From Trichoplax sp. H2 (lineage: Eukaryota), in assembly GCA_003344405.1 (NCBI GenBank), contig NOWV01000011.1:372001-436000 (forward strand): 64,000 nt of DNA, given 5' to 3'. Under the pieces are notes generated by a model that was given only the letters and a program-made list of their open reading frames with translations, ran no database searches and was not told the origin of the DNA. Both the position numbers and the translations under genes were made by a program. Within the stretch, counting starts at the first letter, position 1; each line of letters begins with the position of its first letter. Shown here piece after piece: positions 1 through 11,777 of the stretch.

Positions 1-946
1 TTGTAATTATACAATCTGTTCATAAATCTTAAGAGATGTACATATCATAATCATATCCTAAATGAATTCTAATGAAATCCAAGGTTATCGATAGTCCAAT
101 AAATGACTGATGGAAGAAAAATTGACGTACACGATCATTTCAGCTAGCTTTAAATTAATCGGTATGTCATTTTATGATCAACAAATTGTATATTATTTGC
201 TCGTACGACTGAATATTCAATATCCTAATTTGAAATGATGGGCATGTAATAATTTCAATGTTTATACTATTCACTTATCATCTACTCTGTATAAAACGCA
301 GAGCATGCTAACGATAATTTACAAACGTCTTCTACTGTATACGACGAAATATCGAAGACATGTATATAATAATAGACACAGAAAAGTGATTTTATTGAAA
401 ATTTAATGCTCATATTAATTCATAAATATTACAATAAATACAGTTCATCGTTGTTTTCAGTGACATTCTAAATTAATCTGAGTTGATATAGTATTTTTAA
501 TTCCTATAGAAAATTTAACCCATTGCAGTGTATTAAGCACGTCATACCCTTATACCAGATGACAACATCAATCCAAAATCGAGCTTGCACCTGTTTATAA
601 GAATACTACTAGCAGCTACAAATAAATGTTTTATGTAAATAACCTAAATGACATTGTGTTTGATTTATTTACAAATGGATATCATGATATATAGTTTCAT
701 GTGGTGTACATGTCTTGTATCTTACTGTATTGTTGTCTCTTTAATTGGATAAAGTAATACAACAATATATCCAATAAGCGAGGTGTACAGTAATTACAGT
801 CATCATTGCCCTTTAACTGGAGGACTACATTTGGATCCAGAATTATAAGGCTACTAATATATGAAGAAATGTAGCCATTGATAAAACCAACCATATCCAA
901 TTAAGAATGTTGCTTTAACGGAAAAGCCATCTTTTATACATTATTT

Positions 947-2888
947 TTATTGAATTTTATCTTGATTTAGTCCTTTCAATTGATGAACTACTTCTTCTTT
1001 TAAACTGTTCACTTTAGCAGCATCATCTAGGGTATCACAAATAAATGACAAGGTAAATCGATTGATTTTAAAATTGTTACTGAAAACGTGCAACTTGACG
1101 TACTATCTATCTGTTTTATCAGCTCTTCCATTCTTCTTATTTCAGAGGTGATCTTTTTCACCTACAGTTTAAATCAATACAAGAACTGTTGTATTATGTT
1201 AAAAAAAAAAGGAGTATGACTTTCAATTCTATTGAGATTATTCTTCACAGTAGTAAACAGCATATTACTGATAAGCTTTATATAAAATCTGGAATCGATA
1301 TACATGGTGTTTACGATAAAGAATTTATAAACTGGTGAAAACTCTAAACGATAATAACTGCTCCATTTCAGCTTAGTTGATTGAAGTAGATAATACTAAA
1401 AGTTACCCTTGCTGTATCTAAAGATAACTACAATACTGAAGCTTATATCTAGTAATGGAATAAAACCTTTGTTTGTGTTGTTTCAGAAAGCCGTTGTGAT
1501 TCCTGGTGTGCCTTTGCTTTCATGTACTGTAACTAAATAATAAATATCACTGTGTTATGATTTCAATATCATGAGGATGTTGTATGGTTTGCAGGTTATA
1601 CAGCTGCATAAGTTTAGGGCCATTGATTAAGCAGTCTATTGAATATAAGTTACCTTTCTAATTTCTTGGCATACCAAATCGATTTCATGATCCAGTTTTT
1701 CTTCTTCTTGTTCGGTATACTGGTTAATTTGCACCTACAATGATTATTTTATTAGTCATCGCTGTCTAATTGAGTGCAATTCAATATATATCAAGTCGAT
1801 CCAGTGTACTTTAACCTCATCTTCAGGTAGTAAGATATCATCAGGAATATGGAATACATTTGCTGGTAGATATTGCTATTTGATCAATAGAGTAGAACAA
1901 TAGAAAGAAGGTTTATCACGAGTCTCTTTAGCTCGTTACTGGTTGTGATATAAGACAATCATTGTAGTTGGTGATTTTGATACTGTACCATTAATGCTGT
2001 GGCATTCTTGCTAAGATTATTCGTCAATTCTTGATATAAATCTTGGCAAAACTAAGCAAGTAATTTAAATGATACACCCATTACTACGTTTTCTTTCGGT
2101 TGCATTATACATAATTCTGATTTATGTCAAATAGGCATCATCTATCTTTAGTTCTGTTGTAATAACAGTTTTTGTCTGTGTCATCTCGAGTGAGTACATT
2201 AGTCGTTTCTATCAACCAATGCTGTTTCATATACGAGTATTTGGCTTTACCTGTTTGGCATCTTCAGAAGACATTCCCTATAAAAGTAGACAAGGTCATT
2301 TTTCATCATTCAATGGATATACCACACTCTTTTATCTCATGTACACTATCAAGGAAGTTGAAAGCACTGGTTGTGTGATTGACTACTACCATCTTACGGC
2401 TACGTTACTGCTTGTATAAGCTAAGCTACTTCATTTGTCATCATCGTTGGAGGTAAAAGGTATGATGCATCCATGCGAATAAGCCTTTTCGACTACAAGT
2501 ACTGTCCAGACGATGAAGTTGTAGATTATTTACAAACCTTATTGATTAATTGTTCCTTAACACTCTTGCGCATTTCCTCAGAGTAAAATTTTCCAGCATT
2601 AGTGACTAGGAAGGATAAAAAACGATGCTGTCAAAACAAGAGTTTGTCATCGCATGTTGCAAGCTAGAGTGACAAACGCGTTGAGGCTGGACGTAACCAA
2701 TTCCTTTGGTCCTCCTCAATCAACATACTGCCCATCCTATCGTTGTTATCCTATTGGTACATGCATAGCCACTCTACTAGCTTCTACTTACCACCTACAA
2801 GCATTTCTGGGGTACTAAATCCAAAGAACTGTTTCTGATATTGTTGATGATTGCTTGATTGATCCTCCACTTGCAAGTCTCCTTCCAT
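947..2888 (-). CDS. MIS12: Mis12-family kinetochore protein, multi-exon, ~177-184 aa
   Basis: Hand-spliced minus-strand exons, all GT-AG and phase-consistent: 2888-2792, 2605-2538, 2277-2251, 2051-1989, 1875-1816, 1734-1654, (optional 1427-1407), 1161-1104, 1026-947. Protein: MEGDLQVEDQSSNHQQYQKQFFGFSTPEMLVGVTNAGKFYSEEMRKSVKEQLINK-GMSSEDAKQ-FCQDLYQELTNNLSKNATALM-QYLPANVFHIPDDILLPEDE-VQINQYTEQEEEKLDHEIDLVCQEIRK...KIQ*. It matches the Mis12 motifs Y-x-x-QFFGF-TP and IP-x-x-ILLPED, followed by a coiled coil. Absent from the ORF track. The 3' end is less certain. Confidence 0.85.
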
Positions 2889-4149
2889 TTTGCTGCAATC
2901 ATCGGCTTTCTGGGGCTACTATGTTATCATACTGTACAGTAATACCGCACTGTATGAGTTTGGCCGTCCCGGTAGCAGACGATACAGTACAGTACAGTAC
3001 GGTACCCTGGTCAGTTTCCAAAAATTGGCGGGAGAAAGTGCGTACAGTACTGTACGCAACGGTACGTAGTACTGTGCGGTACGGTACGTAGTACTGTGCG
3101 GTACGGTACGTAGTACTGTACTGTACTGTACACTGGTTACGGTCACAGTACTGTACTGTGCAGTGTACTGTACAGTGTACTGTACACTCAGTACGGTACT
3201 GTAATGTACTGTACAATTGTACTGTACAGTACAGTACAATATTACTGTCCTGTGCTCTACAGTGTACAGTACAGTACTGTACAGTACGTACAGTACTATT
3301 TACCGTACTCTGTAGTAATTGAAATAAAATCGATAGGACTTCAATACAGGCTTTCTCAACCTCTATGGTTGTCCGTCAAAACCATCAGTGTACAGTACAC
3401 TACTGTATATTGACAGTCAAAGTCTGCAATACTGTACTGTATTCCACAGTATCAGAGTGTGCAGCAGGATACCAACTAAAATACAAGACAGCCGGAATGA
3501 ACTGTTCAAATTGGGGACGCACAAAATTTCATGCATTTGCTAACAGTCAATTACGGCCATAAAAACTGGAGAAAATTCTCTTCTTATACAGTACTGTACT
3601 GTCGAGGATCCAGAAATTACAGTGTACTGTACTGTACACTGTACAGTAGGTAAAAACATCACTACAGTTCAAGTTACTGTACTGTACAAGTGTACAGTAC
3701 AGTGTACCCCATACCTCGGACTGTGGAGAAAGGACAAAAACAAAATCTTTTTTCTGTCAGCTGTCAGACTACGTTCTCACCCGTCTGTATACTGTACTGT
3801 ACCTACCGTACTCCAGCTCAAGTTGAAAATTTCCCATCCAACTCTGCAATCATTTTTCTGTATAATACTGTATTTACCTTGAGGCTTGAGTTCATTAAAA
3901 AAAAAAGTTCAAGTTGCTGCAAACACCTTGCCATAGATGCAAGGGGTAATCACAACTGGTATAGTTATTACTTTACCTGCCTTTGCAGTCGTCTTGTCGT
4001 CTTATTGATCAACTGGTTGCTTCGCTACCTTTTTCAAATACAACATTGGAATATCGTTCAAGTTATCAAAGCCACACTGATCTTTACTTTCAATCATTGA
4101 ACTGCGTACTGTAACCTTAGTCGGTGCAGTACGAACAGTGTTCAAAGAC
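2889..4149. promoter_or_regulatory. Putative bidirectional promoter shared by Mis12 and importin alpha
   Basis: The start codons at 2888 (minus) and 4150 (plus) face away from each other, 1.26 kb apart. Contains an E2F-like TTGGCGGGA at 3025-3033. Confidence 0.6.
2930..3815. repeat. Low-complexity array of TACAGTA/TACTGTA (GTACA/TGTAC) units in the Mis12/importin-alpha divergent intergenic region
   Basis: Dense runs such as tacagtacagtacagtac and gtactgtactgtactgtac, densest at 2983-3310 and 3585-3710. Includes a perfect 20-bp palindrome tgcgtacagtactgtacgca (3039-3058) and ~2.8 tandem copies of the 22-mer acggtacgtagtactgtgcggt (3059-3119). Confidence 0.9.
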
Positions 4150-7100
4150 ATGGAGCCGGGAACGCGCGGTAATCGGATACAAACTTACAAGCACAAAGGC
4201 AAGGATAAACAGGTTAGTGATCAAACTACAGTACTTGTAGTAAATGGCACGTTTTTGGCCACTTTCAAAGAAGACGCTTAACATCAACAAATTCAACGCT
4301 AGATGCATTCAAAAAAATGGGTAGATTTTCTATTGTACTGTACATACAGTGGATCAGCCATAGTAGCTTTTCCTCCTACTAATGAATCGATATTTTACGC
4401 TGTACAGTAGCATCAATTTGTCTGCCAGCTTTGTCGTTTTGACTAGTCATTTCACCAAGCTTGATATTGTAGTGGACTACACAAGACTGTCATAAATTGT
4501 AGTGGATATGTTTCCACTATGGAACTGATACAACGCAGATGTTGTAGAATAATAGTGGTATCATCATTTTGTAAGAAAAATCTTAAAATCGCTTTCAGCG
4601 GCTTAATTTGTCCTCCATTTTATAGTCCAGTATGGAGCATACATTCGTGGCTATACCGCAATAATCGAGTTTATATAGTTATAGGATAAGTCAGCGGATA
4701 CGTTAGTTTTAGCAGTCAATTCACGTCAGCAATTCCAAAAGAATAATATACTGCGTTGTAGAGCTCGGTCCACAAAAGTTCAACTTCTCGTCGGCCACGC
4801 ACACTGTGTTATCAATCAAATCAGTGCTCATCGCCGTTACTATGCTGATGCAAGTACAGTACTGTAATTTTGCTGAACAAGTAGCGTCAAGGAAGCTATC
4901 TTGTAATTATTCCCTGATTTCCATCTATAGTACGATAGAATATACATTACTTCCGAGATCTGATCCAACTTGAGTGCCGTAGCTTTTATCTCCTGTGCTT
5001 AAATGGAGATGACTTTGATTACTGTATATTACAATCATATGTTCCAATTGGTGGTAATGATACACCAGATAGTGCTATCGTCTCCTGTTACGGCTATTAC
5101 TGTAAATATGCCGTCACTGTGGAGACCTAATTATACTATACAGTACATAAGCATTCAGTGGATCCAGGGAATGTACAACATAAATTGAATGAATACCAGC
5201 GACTATATCCCATTTCGTTAGTCTCTGGTAGTGCTTACTGTACAATCACATGCAGTACGACAATTTTTGGCTTCAAGTAGTTGTTTCTATGCACATTCTA
5301 TCCATTATTCTCCGTCGTTCACAATTCGCAAATATATGTTTCTAGCAGTTTCCAATAACTCCCAAAACATGATTCTATTAGCTATACAGCAGTTGTCCAA
5401 TGTACAGAGCTACCTGTTTCTATTTTGTCTTTTACTTTACCAAGCTTCGTGAAGCTACAGGCTGCTGGTTGCCAACTTGGCGGCGCGCTAGAGCCATATA
5501 AAAAGAGTTTTACTGCATCGCGCAGTACTGTACAGCACAGTGCCCATACAGTCGATACAGCACTATAAAACTACTGTCAACATCCCTGGTAACTTGGTCA
5601 AGACGATACAGTGTCTGCCGTCGTACTGTCGACGCTTATAGTCTACTGCCATGATACAGCGGTATATATATAGATATATATATATAATTATATTGACATA
5701 CAATGTATATAGTACAGCACTGAATCATACTGTACTAGACTGTGCTATATTGAGCGAGAAAAGCACAGATCGTTCATAAAGATTTTGACCTTGCTAGGTT
5801 GATGAATTCTACCGAAAGGAGATGATAGACGACTTATTAAAGGACTACCTCCATACATTGGCTATACATCATTAAATAAACCATGGCCACACCATGCTAA
5901 AACACAGTGATTGAGGCTAAATTGAAACCTTTCATTCTATTGCGATGCTTTGCAAGTCAAATGAACCTTGTATCACATTCTACGGGAGTGAATTATCTTC
6001 GCATCAGGATAATTTTACCCAATTACAGTAGAATGATTGCTAGAATCGATTTTTACCCAAACTTGATAATGTAAACCTTTATCAAGAAAAATGTCGCACA
6101 TGATACGGTCAATCGCAAAAATGACGTAATTAAACTTTGCTGAAGATGGAAGCTAGATGATATCAACAAACTAATTAGAAATAAATAATTATTGTTATAA
6201 TCTAACAACCAGTGTACGTATGGCATGTTTAGTATATTATCCAATTGTTCTGCCGTAGGAACTGAGAAGAAGAAGGGTCGATGTGAAAATAGAATTACGC
6301 AAGGTAGTGATGCCAAATTATTATTAGTATTGATAACTTTCAAAAGTAGCTTTATTTTATGACAACTTTTTTTTACTATATTTAGGTTTGTAACAGATTA
6401 TACGATTATAGCTAGTTTACGATGGTGATTATATGCAATTGCTGATATGTAAATAACTTATTAGAAAGCTTAAAATTCCATATAAACAAAGCTATTATAA
6501 TACTATTCATTTACCGTTATTTTTCTAAGAGTATATAAATCAACAGACTTAGCATATGCTATTCATCTGATAGACTAGTTTTTAGCTTAGACCCAGTGAT
6601 ATTGCATTACATTGCCGTATTCACCTAAGTTATCTTCGTGAGATCCTTTCTGATTGAAGATTAATTCTTATTCTCATTTGTAACATACAAACTTAGAATA
6701 AGAGATCTGAAGAAATTGCAAAGCGTCGAAATGTACCCGTAGATGATGAAATCGATGAGGAGGATGATAGAGCGCTTGAGGTAACTTTGATTAATTTAAT
6801 CTCTGTCTATTAATCTGTTGATATCAATGTGCTGTAGCCAAATATAGTTTCTTGTTTTAAATGCTTTTAATGAATAACTAAATGTTTTTAGCGCAAAGCC
6901 ATGATACTAATAGATTACGAATACTTTGGTTAACATTAGTAGTTTCTGCATTTAAATTTTACCTATGATAACGCTAGACAATAGTAGAGTTGTTGACAAG
7001 CTAAAAAATGTTGGCGGAGCATTTTTGTAACGCAACATGACTTATAGTTGCAATAAGATAGCAAATGATTGCCAATAGTATGGTTTATTGTAGTCAGTAT

Positions 7101-10100
7101 AAATCATAGCTAACGGCTACTCCCGCGTTATGAAGCTGACCCTCGATGTGAAATTCAGAAATGAATTGAAATTTATATATACAAGTAGATGTTAACGCTA
7201 TTGATATATTCAAAAATAATTTAGGACTATGCTACCAATGTGGTAATTACCCATGTTGCGCAGGTTAGTAACATGTTAAAAATTGATAAATAGACGTTTC
7301 GCTAGGCTAGAAAGGGAGAATATTTATCTGTAAGCTAGTGCCAATTTATGTAACTGATATTCAAGTTATGCGCAAGCTGTATATATATATATATATATAT
7401 ATAGTGCTAATCTACTTGTGCGAGTTTTTATAGTGGTAGCTCACATAAATTAGGAATCACGATAAGATTTATTGATATTCGTAATAGCGCACATTATATA
7501 AGTATTAATCATATTTAAAGTTGAGATTTAATGATAAAATTACAGGTAGTTAGGAATATATACTGTAGTGATCAACACGCATGAGTTGTAATTTCTTGGT
7601 AATTACGTATGATTAATATGTTACACATGTGCTATAACTACAGCGTGCAAAGAATTCAGATCCAAATGTTCAGTTAGAAGCAGTTCAAGCGATTAGGTGA
7701 GCGGATAACCGGATAACCTATGATTTAAATTTATAACGGATCGGAAGGATAATTCAGGATATCTTTTGTAGTATTTTAAGTAGTTATCGCTATAGCAAGC
7801 CATATGTTAGTGAAAACTTCACGTAGACGATAAACCTTAAAATGCTCCATGTTATCCAATATCTGTGTACACTTGCATTACAACAAGCATGCAATATGTG
7901 ACTGATAGTATAAAATCACTTTGAAAGCTTTAATATCAAATTTAGACAAATAACTGCTCAGTATTACTAAGGATGAATTTATTTATCATTGATCTCGGTC
8001 TGTATCATGCTTTTTCAGAAAATTATTATCAAAGGATAAATCACCTCCAATTGATCATATCGTTAAGTAAGTAATTGATTATTGCATAGTAAAAATAATA
8101 TCCCGTGTACTCGATCTTGATAGTAATTTTGTCAATTTAAGTCCGATACTAGTAATAAGTAAATGTTTTATATCATTTAATCTGCGGTTATGCTTTATGC
8201 GTAGTACCGGCGTGGTTACCACTTTGGTCAACTGCTTAGAGAGAAATGATTCGTATGTACTATGAAGCAATCATAATAGTTTAATATTCTAAATTTGTAA
8301 TCCAATGCAATCGTTTTCAATAAGCTAGAAAAATAGTAATAAAGTTGTTAATAAATATACTTGTATGTCGGGTACGGTACATTTAATTGTATACAAAGGA
8401 GTGGTGAAATACTGCATTTCTTAAATCTAACTGTTAATTTTAACAAAATATCCAAGGCCTTCTTTACAATTTGAAGCCGCATGGGCTTTAACTAATATTG
8501 CGTCTGGAACCTCAGAGCAAACCCGAGCTGTAGTCCAGTTCGGTGCTGTTCCTCATTTTATTGCCCTATTGAGTTCATCTTACACCGATGTCTGCGAACA
8601 GGCTGTATGGGCGTTAGGAAATATTATAGGTAATAAAAAACTATCTAATAACAACCATTGAACTAACTATATTTAAAGGGTTGTTGTATTAACTACGTAT
8701 ATAATGCTGTATCTTTAAAAAAGGTGATGGATCGGAACTACGAGATTATGTTCTTAGTCAAGGACTGCTAACACCGCTGTTAAAATTCGTTTCACCCAAC
8801 GTCTCGGTAAGTGTAATATCAATATTAATCATATGCATCTTGCATAAATAAATGGTCGATTTATCAGTTATTTACTTACAATTACATGATACGGAATATG
8901 GTCTTTCGGGATATAGTGTAAAGAAACTTTCTGTTGGCGACGCATTTGTTGGTATTAACGTAACTCCAAACTTTGATATTTTTCAGCTGTCATTTTTACG
9001 TAATGTGACGTGGGTTTTAGTCAATCTATGCCGGAGTAAAGATCCTCCCCCTTCATTAGAAATTGTTCTACAAGTAAGCATTTATATAACATTTATTTCA
9101 ACGATTTCATTGATCGTAATTTTGCTTACTTGAATCCGTATCCAAATACTACAATATATGCGTACGTGTCTTGAATATAGATTCTTGGTGCCCTTGTTGC
9201 TTTAATCCACCATAACGATTTAGATGTAAGTGTATACATTGTATTCTTATCTTTCAAATTCTGTAAATTTTTTTTGGCGGCAAAGCTAATACGCATTCGA
9301 CACGGTTGTTGTTATCTAATTTATGAATGTTGCAATACTGTTAGATTTTAATCGATTGTGTTTGGGCGCTGTCGTATTTAACGGATGGCAGTAAACAGCA
9401 AGTTCAGGTAATTAACGCATTTTAACTACATTTCCAAGATGGTGATTATTTATTAAAATACCAGTGCATGCTCACTCTGAATATGGTTACAGATAAACTT
9501 TTAAGTAAATCTAAATATTATCTTATTCTCCTTTAGGCTGTAATAAATACCTCGATCGTGCCAACACTTATAGGATTTATGGGTGCAAAAGAAATTAAAT
9601 TACAAGTAATGATCTATCTTGATGATTTAGAAGCTATTTATTCAGTAGCATAAAAACTTTATTAACCACTTTTACTTTTATTTAACTGTTAGACCGCTGC
9701 TTTACGTGCAGTCGGGAATATAGTAACTGGTACTGATTATCATACACAGGTTAGGAATCCGTTCAAAATTCTTTTTTTTAATGAGTATAATTTTTAAAAC
9801 CACTTCTAATTATATATTGCATTGATGTTTTAATGCTAAGATTGTTCTGGACAATGGAGCCCTAAATCATTTCCAAAATTTATTAACTCATAGTAAGGAG
9901 AAAGTTAAAAAGGTAAGACTGAAAATATAATTGTTATAATGCATACGGTGCAGTCGTTAATCAAATCTGTTTACGACTAAGAAAATACGTTTATACTAAC
10001 TTAGGAAGCAATGTGGTTCTTATCTAATGTTACTGCTGGCATACCTAAGCAAATACACGTAAATAAATTAACTGAACTAACTTCTAATTGCTTGTGTTAT

Positions 10101-10982
10101 TTTTTAATAGTTATTAATCTTTAATTATTGTTTTAATCAATTAGATGGTTATCGAGGCTGGTTTAGTCCCTTTAATTATTAACTGCTTAGCAAATGCTGA
10201 CTTTCAAACTCGTAAAGAGGCAGCTTGGGCGGTTAGTAACCTCGCTGTCAATGGTGAAGCTGAACACGTAAGTTACTGGGAATTAAAATTTTGCTTCACA
10301 CGATAAGCAAGTTCACTTATTAATTGATTTCCTGTCTGTTATTAGATAAGCCTTATGGTAGCCGATGGTGTTATTACTCCTATGTGCGAAATGTTGACAA
10401 TTAAAGATATTCAAATTGTTCATGTATTGCTAGATGGTATTTTAAATATTTTAAAGGTTGGCCATATTAGATACGTATAAGATAGATTAGTAGTAGATTT
10501 TGGTAATCGACTCCGACACTCTGTTACTAATATCTGAATGTCATGTATTTATGGTGCTGTGTATAGGCTTTACCCAATGACATAGGAAACATTACAATTA
10601 TTATCGAAGAATGTGGAGGTAATGACTAGTGTAATTTGCTAGAAATTATTGTGAATTGTAATAATAATACATCGATAGCAATCAATTTTTATAATATTTT
10701 ATCTTATCTTTAGGATTGACAAAAATTGAAGAACTACAAAATAGCGAAAATGCTGAAATTTCGAAGCTGTCTTCGGAAATAATTGATAAATACCTCGCGA
10801 CTGTAAATAATTATCCATCTTTAGAATTAACAATTTTTGGTAGTTAATGCTGTGAAGAGAAAAGTGATCAGTTCCGTTCTATTTTGCAGGAGAATGAAAT
10901 CCAAGGTGTTCAACCTGAAAAATCGGAAAAGCAATACAATTTTGCAGTAGATAATGTCCCTCATTCAAATTTTAATTTCTAA
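4150..10982 (+). CDS. KPNA3: Importin subunit alpha, alpha3/alpha4 (KPNA3/KPNA4) subfamily, 21 exons, 516 aa
   Basis: Exons: 4150-4212, 6259-6303, 6697-6780, 7225-7263, 7644-7696, 8019-8066, 8205-8252, 8457-8629, 8724-8806, 8987-9073, 9181-9225, 9345-9407, 9537-9605, 9693-9749, 9841-9912, 10005-10058, 10145-10267, 10346-10456, 10567-10618, 10714-10802, 10890-10982. They sum to 1551 nt in one open frame. IBB domain [43 protein letters not shown] repeats [35 protein letters not shown] and [20 protein letters not shown] (alpha3/4-type); ends FNF*. A single ortholog of KPNA3 and KPNA4, so the symbol is nominal. Confidence 0.95.
5510..5745. repeat. Second TACAG/CTGTA motif cluster plus (TA)n tract in importin-alpha intron 1
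   Basis: cagtactgtacagcacag, gatacagcactata, gatacagtg, gtactgtc, atactgtactagactgtg; (TA)n-like run at 5663-5692. Confidence 0.6.
7380..7403. repeat. (TA)n microsatellite in importin-alpha intron 4
   Basis: Perfect TA run of about 12 units. Confidence 0.9.
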
Positions 10983-11777
10983 ATTATATCAAATTTTAGT
11001 CGAACAACAGGATTACTTTATGATTTAGTTACTTAAATGTGAAATTTGAAGTAAAATGCGGAATGTACTTTCGTTCGTTCTTGCTCCCGATGTATAAAAA
11101 GCGACAAAGAATCCAGTTAGTTCATGATAGAGAAAGAGTAAATTGCGATGTTGGTGCTATGATCTACTTTTATATCGAAAAGTTTCTGGTATACACCGTA
11201 AACTTAATGTAAGATTAATAATTCTTGACAAAGGAGTTGGAGTTATTTTATTGTTGTGAATTATTTGACAATGGTACATATTACTTTATTAAAAATATTT
11301 CAAAAATTTTCCTGGAATGTTTGTTTGACCTTTATTGCCGTCATTTCATTGATCAAATTTGATTATACATATCATATCGAAATGGTTATCAGCAATATCA
11401 CTCACAAATATTTACACCAAAATTTATGTCTTACCTATCGTGGTGCATTTGGTTTTACGTAGCTACAGTACAAACTATTCAAATAAACACAACCTACTAG
11501 AATCTTCGCAAATTATACATTACAGTAATTTCTTTAAGTTAAGAAGAAAATCTTAATAGATGACATTGATCAGTATTATGAAAAAAGATGAGAGCGGTTA
11601 CATTACGACATTGTAGTAACATCATTAGTTTTACTATTAGCTATAATATAATTACAACCCTTAGACAAGAATTATAATATTAGATGTACATATGCGATGG
11701 GTGTTAAAGAATATCAACATCTCTCTCTTTCAGTGAATATTGTATACGTGAAAAACAATCACATTCGGTGACCAGCA

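Noticed and set aside
440-900. Exon-like segments downstream of the Mis12 stop, including VVLQLKG echoing VVHQLKG of the last exon, and track ORF 697-900
   Set aside because: The available acceptors are not in a phase compatible with the upstream donor, and no recognisable protein results. Possibly 3' UTR or chance.
2698-2736. 39-nt AG/GT-bounded, frame-preserving segment in Mis12 intron 1 that would read GWAVC*LRRTKGI (Cys-TGA, suggesting selenocysteine or a poison exon)
   Set aside because: Poor polypyrimidine tract, no SECIS recognised, and the Mis12 alignment is contiguous without it. Only junction reads could rescue it.
3059-3119. 22-bp repeats resembling a CRISPR array
   Set aside because: The units are directly adjacent with no unique spacers, the context is eukaryotic, and no cas genes are present.
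2855-3882. Overlapping track ORFs rich in Y/C/T/V/Q/S
   Set aside because: These are translations of the stop-poor TACAG/CTGTA repeat, not proteins.
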